From positions 7,969-71,968 of the IMG/VR virus record IMGVR_UViG_3300030107_004238: a DNA stretch of 64,000 nt. The stretch is one strand, 5' to 3'. A program made the translations under genes and the position numbers. How positions within the stretch are numbered: position 1 is the stretch's first letter; the number at the start of each line of letters is the position of its first letter. The notes under the pieces were generated by a model, which searched no databases, was not told where the DNA came from, and worked only from the letters and a program-made list of their open reading frames with translations. Shown here one piece after another: positions 39,880-48,090 of the stretch. Source of the stretch: a virus.

Positions 39880-41141
39880 AATGGTTAGGTGCTCACGTAT
39901 GGACATTAATAACTAAGTTTTACGGTCCTGTACATCTTCCAGGTATAGAAGAAGAGGAAGATGATGGTAAATACTTACACATAGCTGATGGTTACAAACT
40001 TGGTTGGATGAGTGCTACTAGTTTTAAAGCTGCGCTAGGTATTTCAGATAATGAAATTATAGATTGGACCGTTGATCAAGGGGCTACTAATATACATGCT
40101 AATAATTATACAAATACCACATATTCAGCTGGTGATTTATTAGATTTAGATACAACAACCTTTAACGTTGATTTATCCGAGTTAACGGATGGTACAGCAG
40201 ATGTTGTTGGTAGTACTGATGAATTAGTTTACTTAGATAATGGTGTTCAAAAACGAAAGCAAATAGATGAAATTAAACTAGGGCAATTTAATAATGATCA
40301 AGGTTGGACCTCTAGCACCGGAGATATAACACGTGTTTCTATCTCGGCAGATGACGAAAATAATGTTTTAGTAAATTCTGGTAATGCAGATTTTCCTCTA
40401 CTTGGTGGGGAAGGTATAACTACCTCTATAGACAGTACAGATGTAGTAATATCCGCGGAACTTGCCACAACAAGTAACAAGGGTGTAGCTAGTTTTGATA
40501 CTAATGATTTTAGCGTGAGCAGTGGAGCTGTTAGTTTAAGAGATTTATCAACGTCTCATATAGCGGCAGGTACATTGGTAATTGAATCAGAAGGAATAGG
40601 TAGTAATGATAATGATACTACCATACCAACTTCAGCAGCTGTAAAAGATTACGCTGATACAAATAGAAAAACTAGTAGAATAAGATTTGTTACCGCTAAC
40701 TTTAAAGATGACATGGGAACAACTGAAACGTTTATACCATTAGCGGCTGTACCAGAGGAAAAAACAACACTTACAAATGAGCAATCTGCTATAATAATGC
40801 CCACAAGTGGATATGTAAAAGAAGTTATAGTAAGAGCACATTATCCATCTGGATATACTTCAGAAAATATAGTGATCAAAGTATATAATAGACCTAAAAA
40901 TAAAAAAATGAACAGTGCAACTCAAATTGGTAGCGATATAACTATAGCCGCTCCACTTCAAGCAACAACTGATGACGATAACACTAGAAGTACTGGCGAT
41001 TTAGGAACATCTTATCCTTGGAGCAAATGGGACGCTTTAGGTATGAGTTTTACATGGCAAAGCACTGGTCCTACAGGTTCTACAGATAAAACATATATTA
41101 CAGTGGTATTACAAGAAAACATAACCGATTTAGGTTATTAA
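39876..41141 (+). CDS. Putative tail fibre / virion accessory protein
   Basis: IIDWTVDQGATNIHANNY, GDITRV, GGEGITT, ATTSNKGVASF, NDNDTTIPTSAAVKDY motifs typical of phage fibre shafts. Confidence 0.6.
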   Translation: MKWLGAHVWTLITKFYGPVHLPGIEEEEDDGKYLHIADGYKLGWMSATSFKAALGISDNEIIDWTVDQGATNIHANNYTNTTYSAGDLLDLDTTTFNVDLSELTDGTADVVGSTDELVYLDNGVQKRKQIDEIKLGQFNNDQGWTSSTGDITRVSISADDENNVLVNSGNADFPLLGGEGITTSIDSTDVVISAELATTSNKGVASFDTNDFSVSSGAVSLRDLSTSHIAAGTLVIESEGIGSNDNDTTIPTSAAVKDYADTNRKTSRIRFVTANFKDDMGTTETFIPLAAVPEEKTTLTNEQSAIIMPTSGYVKEVIVRAHYPSGYTSENIVIKVYNRPKNKKMNSATQIGSDITIAAPLQATTDDDNTRSTGDLGTSYPWSKWDALGMSFTWQSTGPTGSTDKTYITVVLQENITDLGY

Positions 41142-41143
41142 TA

Positions 41144-41168
41144 ATAAATAAATAAATAAATAAATAAA
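41144..41168. repeat. (AAAT)n microsatellite in intergenic spacer
   Basis: ATAAATAAATAAATAAATAAATAAA immediately before the ATG at 41171. Confidence 0.8.
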
Positions 41169-41170
41169 TT

Positions 41171-41533
41171 ATGGCAACATTAACAGCAAAATTAACATTA
41201 ACAAGTAGTGATACTGGTACATCTGCTTTAGACGCTTCTACAACTAGCGTTTTAACGGTTACACTACCATCTTCAAATATTTCTAGACAAAGTATTGCAA
41301 CTGGTAGCGCGCAATCAATAATAGCGTCTAACAGTTCGTTTTCTTATGTTTATCTAAAGAATGTTTCTGGAACAGGTTCAGATCCATGGGTACAGATAAA
41401 ACTAGGTGGAGATGCTAAAATAAAACTTAGAGTAGGTGAATTCGTTTTTCTACCTTTATACAGCTCTCAAGTAGTAGAAGGTGAAGCTCAAGTAGGTGCT
41501 TGTACAGTTGAATACGGATATTGGACAGTGTAA
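41171..41533 (+). CDS. Small beta-sandwich structural protein
   Basis: MATLTAKLTL; YVYLKN; L..GEF.FLP; VEY motifs. Confidence 0.55.
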   Translation: MATLTAKLTLTSSDTGTSALDASTTSVLTVTLPSSNISRQSIATGSAQSIIASNSSFSYVYLKNVSGTGSDPWVQIKLGGDAKIKLRVGEFVFLPLYSSQVVEGEAQVGACTVEYGYWTV

Positions 41534-41536
41534 TAA

Positions 41537-41965
41537 ATGGCTAGGTCTATAAGAGATTACGAAGCTTCTGACGCTTTTAGAAGGGCGAAAACAACAAGTA
41601 TAAGAGAGCAAATTGAAAACCCTATATTAAGCCAGACTTCAGGAAAAACAACTTACACAGCTATATCTGGTACTAGTTTAACAACAATATCAAAAAGATA
41701 TGTAGCTAAATCCATGTTGATATGTAACACGGGTACCGTGGATACACAGGTCACATTATATTTAAATAGACCCGGTGGTAGTCCAGATCATACAGCTATA
41801 TTATTTAAAACATGGTTACCAACTGGTACTTCTATTGCGTTAAACTCAAGCGAATTAGCTTTTGATGACACAGAAGAAGCTAATGCTGACGTAATGAATT
41901 ATTACAGTATCAAATTAGATGTAGCTGCCGGTACTCCAACAATAGACATAACAACAAGAATTTAA
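41537..41965 (+). CDS. Small beta-rich hypothetical (likely structural) protein
   Basis: SMLICN...VTLYL...LP.GTSI.L pattern; position in the structural arm. Confidence 0.5.
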   Translation: MARSIRDYEASDAFRRAKTTSIREQIENPILSQTSGKTTYTAISGTSLTTISKRYVAKSMLICNTGTVDTQVTLYLNRPGGSPDHTAILFKTWLPTGTSIALNSSELAFDDTEEANADVMNYYSIKLDVAAGTPTIDITTRI

Positions 41966-41969
41966 TAAG

Positions 41970-42425
41970 ATGATAAGTAAACATATTTCGTATAAAGAAG
42001 GTGTGTATAGCAGAACAGCGACGCGCAGGGGAATTGACAATGTTCCAAATGATGAGCAATTAGCAAACATGGAATTAGTTGCCAAAGAAGTGTTTGAACC
42101 ACTTAGAGCTTATGTCAATGGGCCAATAAAAATAAATAGTTTTTTTAGATGTCCAGAGCTTAATAAAGCTATTGGTGGATCTAAAACATCTCAACATTGT
42201 AAAGGTCAAGCTATGGATATAGACGATACTTTCGGTAGAATGACTAATGCCGAAATGTATCATTTTATAAAAGAGCATTTAGATTTTGATCAAATGATAT
42301 GGGAGTTTGGAGATGATGATAATCCTGATTGGGTACATGTTAGTTATGTATCTCCTGAAGCCAACAGAAATAGATGTTTAAAGGCTTACCGTAAAAATGG
42401 TAAAACTAAATATATGGTAATTTAA
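41970..42425 (+). CDS. Peptidase M15 (Zn D-Ala-D-Ala peptidase-like) endolysin
   Basis: INSFFRCPELNKAIGGSKTSQHCKGQAMDI and WVHVSY (H, D, H zinc ligands). Confidence 0.9.
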   Translation: MISKHISYKEGVYSRTATRRGIDNVPNDEQLANMELVAKEVFEPLRAYVNGPIKINSFFRCPELNKAIGGSKTSQHCKGQAMDIDDTFGRMTNAEMYHFIKEHLDFDQMIWEFGDDDNPDWVHVSYVSPEANRNRCLKAYRKNGKTKYMVI

Positions 42426-42482
42426 CAATTATTTAATATAGAAACATATAAGTTACATGAATTGTGATGTAATTACAATATC

Positions 42483-42560
42483 ATGGAAACACACAAAATA
42501 GATATTAGTCCTATTATATATATAGCGCTAATGATCACTATCTTTATGGTAGCAATATAA
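42483..42560 (+). CDS. 25-aa single-TM microprotein
   Basis: METHKIDISPIIYIALMITIFMVAI*, read manually between the endolysin and the terminator. Confidence 0.45.
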   Translation: METHKIDISPIIYIALMITIFMVAI

Positions 42561-42594
42561 AAAAAGGGAGTAACTTTCGTTACCCCCTTTTGTT
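42559..42594. terminator. Bidirectional rho-independent terminator
   Basis: AAAAAAAGGGAGTAAC-TTTC-GTTACCCCCTTTTG between the two convergent genome arms. Confidence 0.9.
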
Positions 42595-42596
42595 AT

Positions 42597-42791
42597 TTAG
42601 AACTGTTTGTTCTTCTGTGATTGGACCTCTATTCTGATCTCTTGTGCTAGTTCTTTAATAAGCTGCATGGCTTTTCTAACCCGCGTTCCAGCGGAATTAT
42701 TTCCATCAACAAATTTTGTAACATCACCTTGAGTATCATTAATAACATTTTGTAGGTTATCATAAAGGCCGTCTAATTGATTAAACGCCAT
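42597..42791 (-). CDS. Histone H1-like (Hc1-family, Bacteroidota type) small protein
   Basis: GNNSAGTRVRKAMQ.IK.LAQEIR..V matches the GNKAAGTRARK-type motif. Confidence 0.75.
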   Translation of the reverse strand: MAFNQLDGLYDNLQNVINDTQGDVTKFVDGNNSAGTRVRKAMQLIKELAQEIRIEVQSQKNKQF

Positions 42792-42822
42792 AATTTAATT
42801 TGATTTAAGTTATTATATTTAA

Positions 42823-43062
42823 TTACTTTTTAACGCATTTATCGCATAAGAAAAAATACATAATAAATACTAAAGCTAATAGTCCTGAAAATCCAGCACC
42901 ACCAATTCCGTTTACTAAATTTATAAAATTAGTAATTATATCCATATTAAATACTTTAACTCCTGTTAATAATTGCCATAAAATTGTTACTGGTACAAAA
43001 GCCATCATGATAGATACTAATCCACCGAAAAACTCTGTACAATACTTCATTACTTTTTCCAT
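42823..43062 (-). CDS. Small two-TM membrane protein
   Basis: Two hydrophobic segments; GFSGLLALVFIMYFF. Confidence 0.65.
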   Translation of the reverse strand: MEKVMKYCTEFFGGLVSIMMAFVPVTILWQLLTGVKVFNMDIITNFINLVNGIGGAGFSGLLALVFIMYFFLCDKCVKK

Positions 43063-43084
43063 TTTGTTATGTTTTAGTTAATAC

Positions 43085-43519
43085 TTAAAATTTATAAGAT
43101 AGTCCTAAATTAAATTTACCCTCTCTATCACCATCTGCATTTTCTTTCATAGACATTACATAGTAAGGGTCAATTGAAAGACTTTTCCAAACGTTAAAAG
43201 AATAACCTAATCCTAGTTCCATTTTATCCATCATTTTATCTTCAGACTCAGATACATAATTATATACACAAGTAGCCCAAGCTCCTGATTTGTGTATTAT
43301 ATATCTACCTAACAACTCGTAGTTTTCCTCACCATCTCTAGTAAGTCCAACAGTTAGTTTGTCATTAACTTGATAAAGAACACCGATTTTATCTGTGAAA
43401 TTATAAGTAGTTTCACCTACGGTATCTGTAACCTCGTTAACAGTAGTTGTTACTGAAAACTGTGCTGATGCAATAGTAGTAATTAAAGCACACAACGTAG
43501 TTAAAAATAATTTTGTCAT
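43085..43519 (-). CDS. Small (about 8-stranded) outer-membrane beta-barrel protein
   Basis: Signal peptide ...TTIASA/QF; LGLGYSF; C-terminal FNLGLSYKF beta-signal. Confidence 0.75.
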   Translation of the reverse strand: MTKLFLTTLCALITTIASAQFSVTTTVNEVTDTVGETTYNFTDKIGVLYQVNDKLTVGLTRDGEENYELLGRYIIHKSGAWATCVYNYVSESEDKMMDKMELGLGYSFNVWKSLSIDPYYVMSMKENADGDREGKFNLGLSYKF

Positions 43520-43534
43520 AATTAATTGTTTTAG

Positions 43535-45409
43535 TTAAAGGCTTGTTATTTCGCATGATCCACCGGCACAAGCCAATTCGCCTGATAGATCGGTATTGTC
43601 AGCATCTTCTATTACATTTTCTAAACTTATGTTATGTAATTTAGAAACTAATTTATCAAACTCTTTTTTAGTTATATCTTCAAAAGGAGCTTGAGTATAT
43701 GTTCCACCATCATAAGGTAAAACAGATAAACCATTGTAACACTCTCTATTATCCCACATCCATTTACCAGCTTTATTCCACTCATCTTTTCTTAAGCTAA
43801 TTGTAGCAGATACATTATGGGTATTTGAACCAATCCTATGACCAGTTTTAACCCATTCAGTAGCAACTCTTTTAACTCTTTTCAACAAGTCAAAAGCAGA
43901 TTCAGTTCTTAATATAGAACCTTTAGGCGCTGATTGTGGTATTTCGATAACAGCCGTGTCGTGTGGTCTAAAATATTCATCTTGTACTAATTCTGGATGG
44001 TGTATAGCAAGATATTTATATATAGCCTCGTTTTTACCTACACGAAGTCTTCTAATATAATAATCGTTGTGCCAAGCATGAATACCTGAAGATGTTCCAA
44101 GCACAAGAGATGTTGTCCCTGCTGGTTTAACACATGTTGTTCTAGCAGCTTTATTTATCCCTATTAGTTTTGCTACTCTCGTGTTTTCTCTTTTTACGAT
44201 ACTTGCAGCGGCCTTCATATCCAGCGGGAGCACAGCGGCACTCGCGATTCCTGTCATTGACACACCTATAAGTGCGTCTTTCTCTGTTGTTTCTTGCCAT
44301 ATTTCTCTTAGATAGTGGAATTCCGTATAACCTGCTTGAAGCGTTCCAATGAAGGCTGCAGCTTTAACTCGATCATTCAGGTCTTCTTGGTCTGTGACGT
44401 CACTTACATTAACTTCACACAGATTACAGAACTGATAAGGCCTTAGTGCTATTTCACAGCAAGGATTAGTTCCCCAATCCTTATCATGGTTGAAATATAT
44501 TCCTGGTTCACCAGCCCCGGATAATTCAATACGTTTCCACAAATCTAAGAAAAATTCTTTAGTAACTTTGTGTCGCATTAGTACAGCAGAGTTATTTGCT
44601 CTACCTCTTTGTGGGTTTTTTTCCCACCAACTTCCAGATTTACACGAAATCATTTCTTCATCATATGCTGAAAACAAACTTATTAACGCTGCTCGTCTGA
44701 TACCACCAGCGAGTACAGCATCAGCAATATGACAAATAATATCATGGACTTCAAGAGTAGTAAGTTGTGTTCCATCTTGTTTTGATTCTAGTATTCCTTT
44801 TATTTTTACAATACATTCTTTTAAAGGTTGAGGTCCTGGTGCTTTTCCACCTGAGGTCACAAGCATAGCTCCCTTTGGTCTAATATCAGAATAATCAAAT
44901 TTTATCTTAGATGATCTCTTAGAGCCTAAATAAGACTTAATTAAAACTTTTATTGCATCTGACCAACCCTCAATACTATCTCCAATAACAAATCTTCTAG
45001 TTCTACCTTGAAATGGTTTTGTTATATGTGGAAGAGAGGTAATATGATGTCTTTGAACACTATAACCAACACCGCAACCAGATAGCAAAAGGAACATACA
45101 CTCACTAAAGCTATCGACATGATCGATAGGTAAGTAACTACAGTTATATAATCTATTCGGACTGATTTCAATTGGCTTACCACTAAACTGAAGCGAACGC
45201 ATACTTGGTAAAACTTTTTTCTTATAGACATATCTATATACTTCTTCTATTTGATTAAATAATTTTGGATATTTTTTTTGGTGCATTTCCTTGTTTCTTG
45301 AGACTAGTTCTTCCCATGTTTCTCTTCTATTGAGTTCTGGAAGATACTTAGCATACTTCATGTAGATTGTTAAATCTGAAAGTATTTTTTTATTAAGATC
45401 TTTATCCAT
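43535..45409 (-). CDS. nrdJ: Class II (adenosylcobalamin-dependent, monomeric RTPR-type) ribonucleotide reductase
   Basis: YNCSY, GCGVGYSV, GGIRRAALI, GEPG, TNPCCEI, FCNLCE, TCVKPAGT and C-terminal LACAGGSCE; no beta-subunit gene adjacent. Confidence 0.9.
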   Translation of the reverse strand: MDKDLNKKILSDLTIYMKYAKYLPELNRRETWEELVSRNKEMHQKKYPKLFNQIEEVYRYVYKKKVLPSMRSLQFSGKPIEISPNRLYNCSYLPIDHVDSFSECMFLLLSGCGVGYSVQRHHITSLPHITKPFQGRTRRFVIGDSIEGWSDAIKVLIKSYLGSKRSSKIKFDYSDIRPKGAMLVTSGGKAPGPQPLKECIVKIKGILESKQDGTQLTTLEVHDIICHIADAVLAGGIRRAALISLFSAYDEEMISCKSGSWWEKNPQRGRANNSAVLMRHKVTKEFFLDLWKRIELSGAGEPGIYFNHDKDWGTNPCCEIALRPYQFCNLCEVNVSDVTDQEDLNDRVKAAAFIGTLQAGYTEFHYLREIWQETTEKDALIGVSMTGIASAAVLPLDMKAAASIVKRENTRVAKLIGINKAARTTCVKPAGTTSLVLGTSSGIHAWHNDYYIRRLRVGKNEAIYKYLAIHHPELVQDEYFRPHDTAVIEIPQSAPKGSILRTESAFDLLKRVKRVATEWVKTGHRIGSNTHNVSATISLRKDEWNKAGKWMWDNRECYNGLSVLPYDGGTYTQAPFEDITKKEFDKLVSKLHNISLENVIEDADNTDLSGELACAGGSCEITSL

Positions 45410-45539
45410 GCCAAATTGTAATACAAAGATCTATAAAAGGAAAATATAAAACGTGATTTGTTTTGGACTTTTCTTTGTATGACCTGAATCCTATTAATAT
45501 CCCAGGGTAAAACCCTAAACTAAATTCCCAATCTTTCAT
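45402..45539 (-). CDS. 45-aa hypothetical protein
   Basis: MKDWEFSLGFYPGILIGFRSY...HVLYFPFIDLCITIWHG*, read manually; fills the gap and overlaps the nrdJ start. Confidence 0.6.
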   Translation of the reverse strand: MKDWEFSLGFYPGILIGFRSYKEKSKTNHVLYFPFIDLCITIWHG

Positions 45540-45544
45540 TTAAT

Positions 45545-45997
45545 TTAATTTTTTTTAGTTATTAATTTAATTACTTCGTCACATTCTTTTTGATTCTGAG
45601 GTTTATATAAGGTTACATGTTTTAAATTATCATTAACATATTTTTTAAACATTTTCCATCGAATTGGAAAACTTTCATTTGCTCTACCCTTACATTCTAT
45701 TATAAACGAGTCACTTACAAAGTCTGGTGTGTATTTAATGGGAAGTACTTTTTTGCTACCTCTATTTACCAAATCACCCTTACCATTACTTTGTCTTTCA
45801 TAACTTTCGTTTTTAAACTCAAAACCTTCTTGAACAATATATGTTTGGCCTTCGTACTTAGCTTTTATTTTAGCTTTTTTTAAAGCCATATACATATATT
45901 TTTCTAAACCAGAAGCAAACTTGATCCCGTCGAATGTGACTTTCTTTGCTCTGACGGGACCACGTTTTCTTTTATACTTCTTTTTCATTTGACACAA
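45545..45997 (-). CDS. T7 endonuclease I-like PD-(D/E)xK nuclease / junction resolvase
   Basis: FASGLE, YE, YTPDF, IIECKG. Confidence 0.8.
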   Translation of the reverse strand: MCQMKKKYKRKRGPVRAKKVTFDGIKFASGLEKYMYMALKKAKIKAKYEGQTYIVQEGFEFKNESYERQSNGKGDLVNRGSKKVLPIKYTPDFVSDSFIIECKGRANESFPIRWKMFKKYVNDNLKHVTLYKPQNQKECDEVIKLITKKN

Positions 45998-46301
45998 ACG
46001 GGTTTTTCATTGACTTTAGCTCTTCTATTTCTTCTCGAGCAGTTTGTATGTATAGCACAGCGTCCATAAGTTCTTCTTGTATATCTGTTAAATATCCATA
46101 CAAATCTTTCATTTTAAACCTACGCTCGTCATCTAATGTTGATCCATATTTTTCATAACCAACGTCTGATCTTGATACAAATTTATCAACTACATTTTTA
46201 ACAACTGGATCACGGAAGCCATAAGACTCTCTACATGTGATACCGTTTTTACCATCCATTATTTCTCTATCACTCATATTAATCTTTTTTAAATGTTCCA
46301 T
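45972..46301 (-). CDS. Small all-alpha NTP-pyrophosphohydrolase-like protein
   Basis: RSDVG.EKYG.TL and QEELMDAVLY acidic helix; true start is probably MSDREI (~46277). Confidence 0.55.
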   Translation of the reverse strand: MEHLKKINMSDREIMDGKNGITCRESYGFRDPVVKNVVDKFVSRSDVGYEKYGSTLDDERRFKMKDLYGYLTDIQEELMDAVLYIQTAREEIEELKSMKNPFVSNEKEV

Positions 46302-47157
46302 TATCCATTTTACCCGTTCTGTCTTTGATTTCGTTATAAGCTTTAACTATGCACTCTTCAATAGACACACCCATCAATTCGGAGAAATTAGTTAATACAA
46401 CAACCATATCACCAACAGCATCTATACCTTGTTCTAAATCCTCTTTTAATATAGCTCTACCTAATTCTCCAGCTTCTTCCATTAATTTAATATACTGTGT
46501 TTTTGGGTCTCCTTTTTCATACAAACCTCTTTCATCAGCCCAAGCTCTAATTAAATCAAAATAGTTTGAATCAGATTCTTTTTTATGTTTAGCTTGTACG
46601 CCTGTTGGAGATAATGCTCCAGATATAGTTTTTCCATCATACATATCTTTAGGTTTTTCTTCTTGCTTAACGATTGGTTCTATATTACTATAAGGATCAT
46701 TATTATCATAATATCTAGCAAAAGCTTTATTATATATATAACATCTATCTCTATTATACATTGATTGCTTAGCATTTGACATTATCCAATTGATAGTGTT
46801 TTGTGTTAAAACAAATGACCCATGTTCTGTTTCCCATGTCATATCTAAATTATCCATGAGTTGTCCTTTTAATTTGTCAACGGGACACGGGAACGTTGTA
46901 GTTTGTTCTGTTATGTTTATATTCATTTTGTGTTTATTTTTATTAAAATTAAGTTTATTATAAGGGATATCATCTACTCTATACTTATAAAATTTTTGCA
47001 TTATTCTCTCACCTTCAGATATAAAATCTATATCATCAGATGTTTCTATTATTTCGTATTCACCAGGATAATATCCTTGTTGTTTGTGAACACGCTCTTC
47101 AAGGTTAGTTGTTACGCCAATCTTTTTTCCTGGTATGTGATATAAGTAATATGTCAT
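46279..47157 (-). CDS. GIY-YIG-like N-terminal domain fused to a MazG-like NTP pyrophosphohydrolase
   Basis: YYLYHIPGKKIGVTTNLEER at N-terminus; KLMEEAGEL...DAVGDMVVVL...AYNEIKDRTG at C-terminus. Confidence 0.75.
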   Translation of the reverse strand: MTYYLYHIPGKKIGVTTNLEERVHKQQGYYPGEYEIIETSDDIDFISEGERIMQKFYKYRVDDIPYNKLNFNKNKHKMNINITEQTTTFPCPVDKLKGQLMDNLDMTWETEHGSFVLTQNTINWIMSNAKQSMYNRDRCYIYNKAFARYYDNNDPYSNIEPIVKQEEKPKDMYDGKTISGALSPTGVQAKHKKESDSNYFDLIRAWADERGLYEKGDPKTQYIKLMEEAGELGRAILKEDLEQGIDAVGDMVVVLTNFSELMGVSIEECIVKAYNEIKDRTGKMDNGTFKKD

Positions 47158-47846
47158 ATTTTATCGTTATATAAATGCATATTATGTGCAAAATGATAAT
47201 ATACGCCTGGTTCAATATTTAATTCATTAGAGATCATCTTTTGCAGCTTAGAGAAACAATATTGATCATTACAAAAACCATACCAAAGATCATTACTGCG
47301 CATTGTTACACACATGTCTAGTCTACCATGTAATATTGTGAATTGTATCGCGTAAGTACAAGGCGTATCTTTTTCATATTGCTCATGTTCTTTACCATCA
47401 TATATAGATATAGTAGCATGTCTAGTATCTTTATTGTTTTTTAGTTTTTCTACAATATAATCTATTTGTGATTTTTCAGCATAATCTCTACGTTGCCATT
47501 GCCAACCATAATTAGAATTAACTTTACCAGCATCATTAGCCATACGTTTCCATATTTCGGGTACCTTACCATATATTTTACCAAGTTCAAAAACGTAAGG
47601 TATTCCTGTTAAATACCATTGCCATTCAGCTTCGGCATAATCTAATTTCCAATTACGCTCTTTATTTATTATCTTATTATCTTGTGAGTCTGTAATATAA
47701 AACCCAACATTAAACAAGGCTTTAGTATCTGCAAAATCTATACCTTCTTGTATTATACGATCATGTAAGTATTCGTATGCTTCATTCGCGTTTCTAAAGA
47801 CTTTATTATTTATTGTATTTATCATAATAATATTTATAGTATTCAT
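47154..47846 (-). CDS. Thymidylate synthase superfamily; dCMP hydroxymethylase/methylase-like
   Basis: NYGWQW, catalytic PCT, MRSNDLWYGFCND, NMHLY; Asp at the specificity position. True start is probably MINTINN. Confidence 0.85.
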   Translation of the reverse strand: MNTINIIMINTINNKVFRNANEAYEYLHDRIIQEGIDFADTKALFNVGFYITDSQDNKIINKERNWKLDYAEAEWQWYLTGIPYVFELGKIYGKVPEIWKRMANDAGKVNSNYGWQWQRRDYAEKSQIDYIVEKLKNNKDTRHATISIYDGKEHEQYEKDTPCTYAIQFTILHGRLDMCVTMRSNDLWYGFCNDQYCFSKLQKMISNELNIEPGVYYHFAHNMHLYNDKI

Positions 47847-48090
47847 TAACTTTTTCGTGTACTTTTTCGTCTTCGTATGTATTTGGATCTTCGTGAATAT
47901 TACCGTTTATATTTATATGTACTTTCCATTTACTCATATCGTTTTTCCAATCAGGAATAATACCCACACCTATTTTAGCGTGTGTTAAACACCAACCTAT
48001 AATTTTCATTTCTTCTTTCGACCACGTTTTATCTGGCGGTTTTCTACTAGGTGATTTATACCATTTTTTAAATGCCATTATGCTTCCCAA
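47806..48090 (-). CDS. Hypothetical protein
   Basis: ORF overlapping its neighbours in the operon; no motif recognised. Confidence 0.6.
   Translation of the reverse strand: MGSIMAFKKWYKSPSRKPPDKTWSKEEMKIIGWCLTHAKIGVGIIPDWKNDMSKWKVHININGNIHEDPNTYEDEKVHEKVNEYYKYYYDKYNK

Noticed and set aside
41144-41168. Phase-variation switch at (AAAT)n
   Set aside because: Intergenic and similar to the A-rich translation leaders throughout the genome; no evidence of length variation from one sequence.
47154-47846. Ordinary thymidylate synthase ThyA
   Set aside because: The specificity residue is Asp rather than Asn and the motif matches the T4 gp42 pattern; ThyA activity is not excluded but is less likely.
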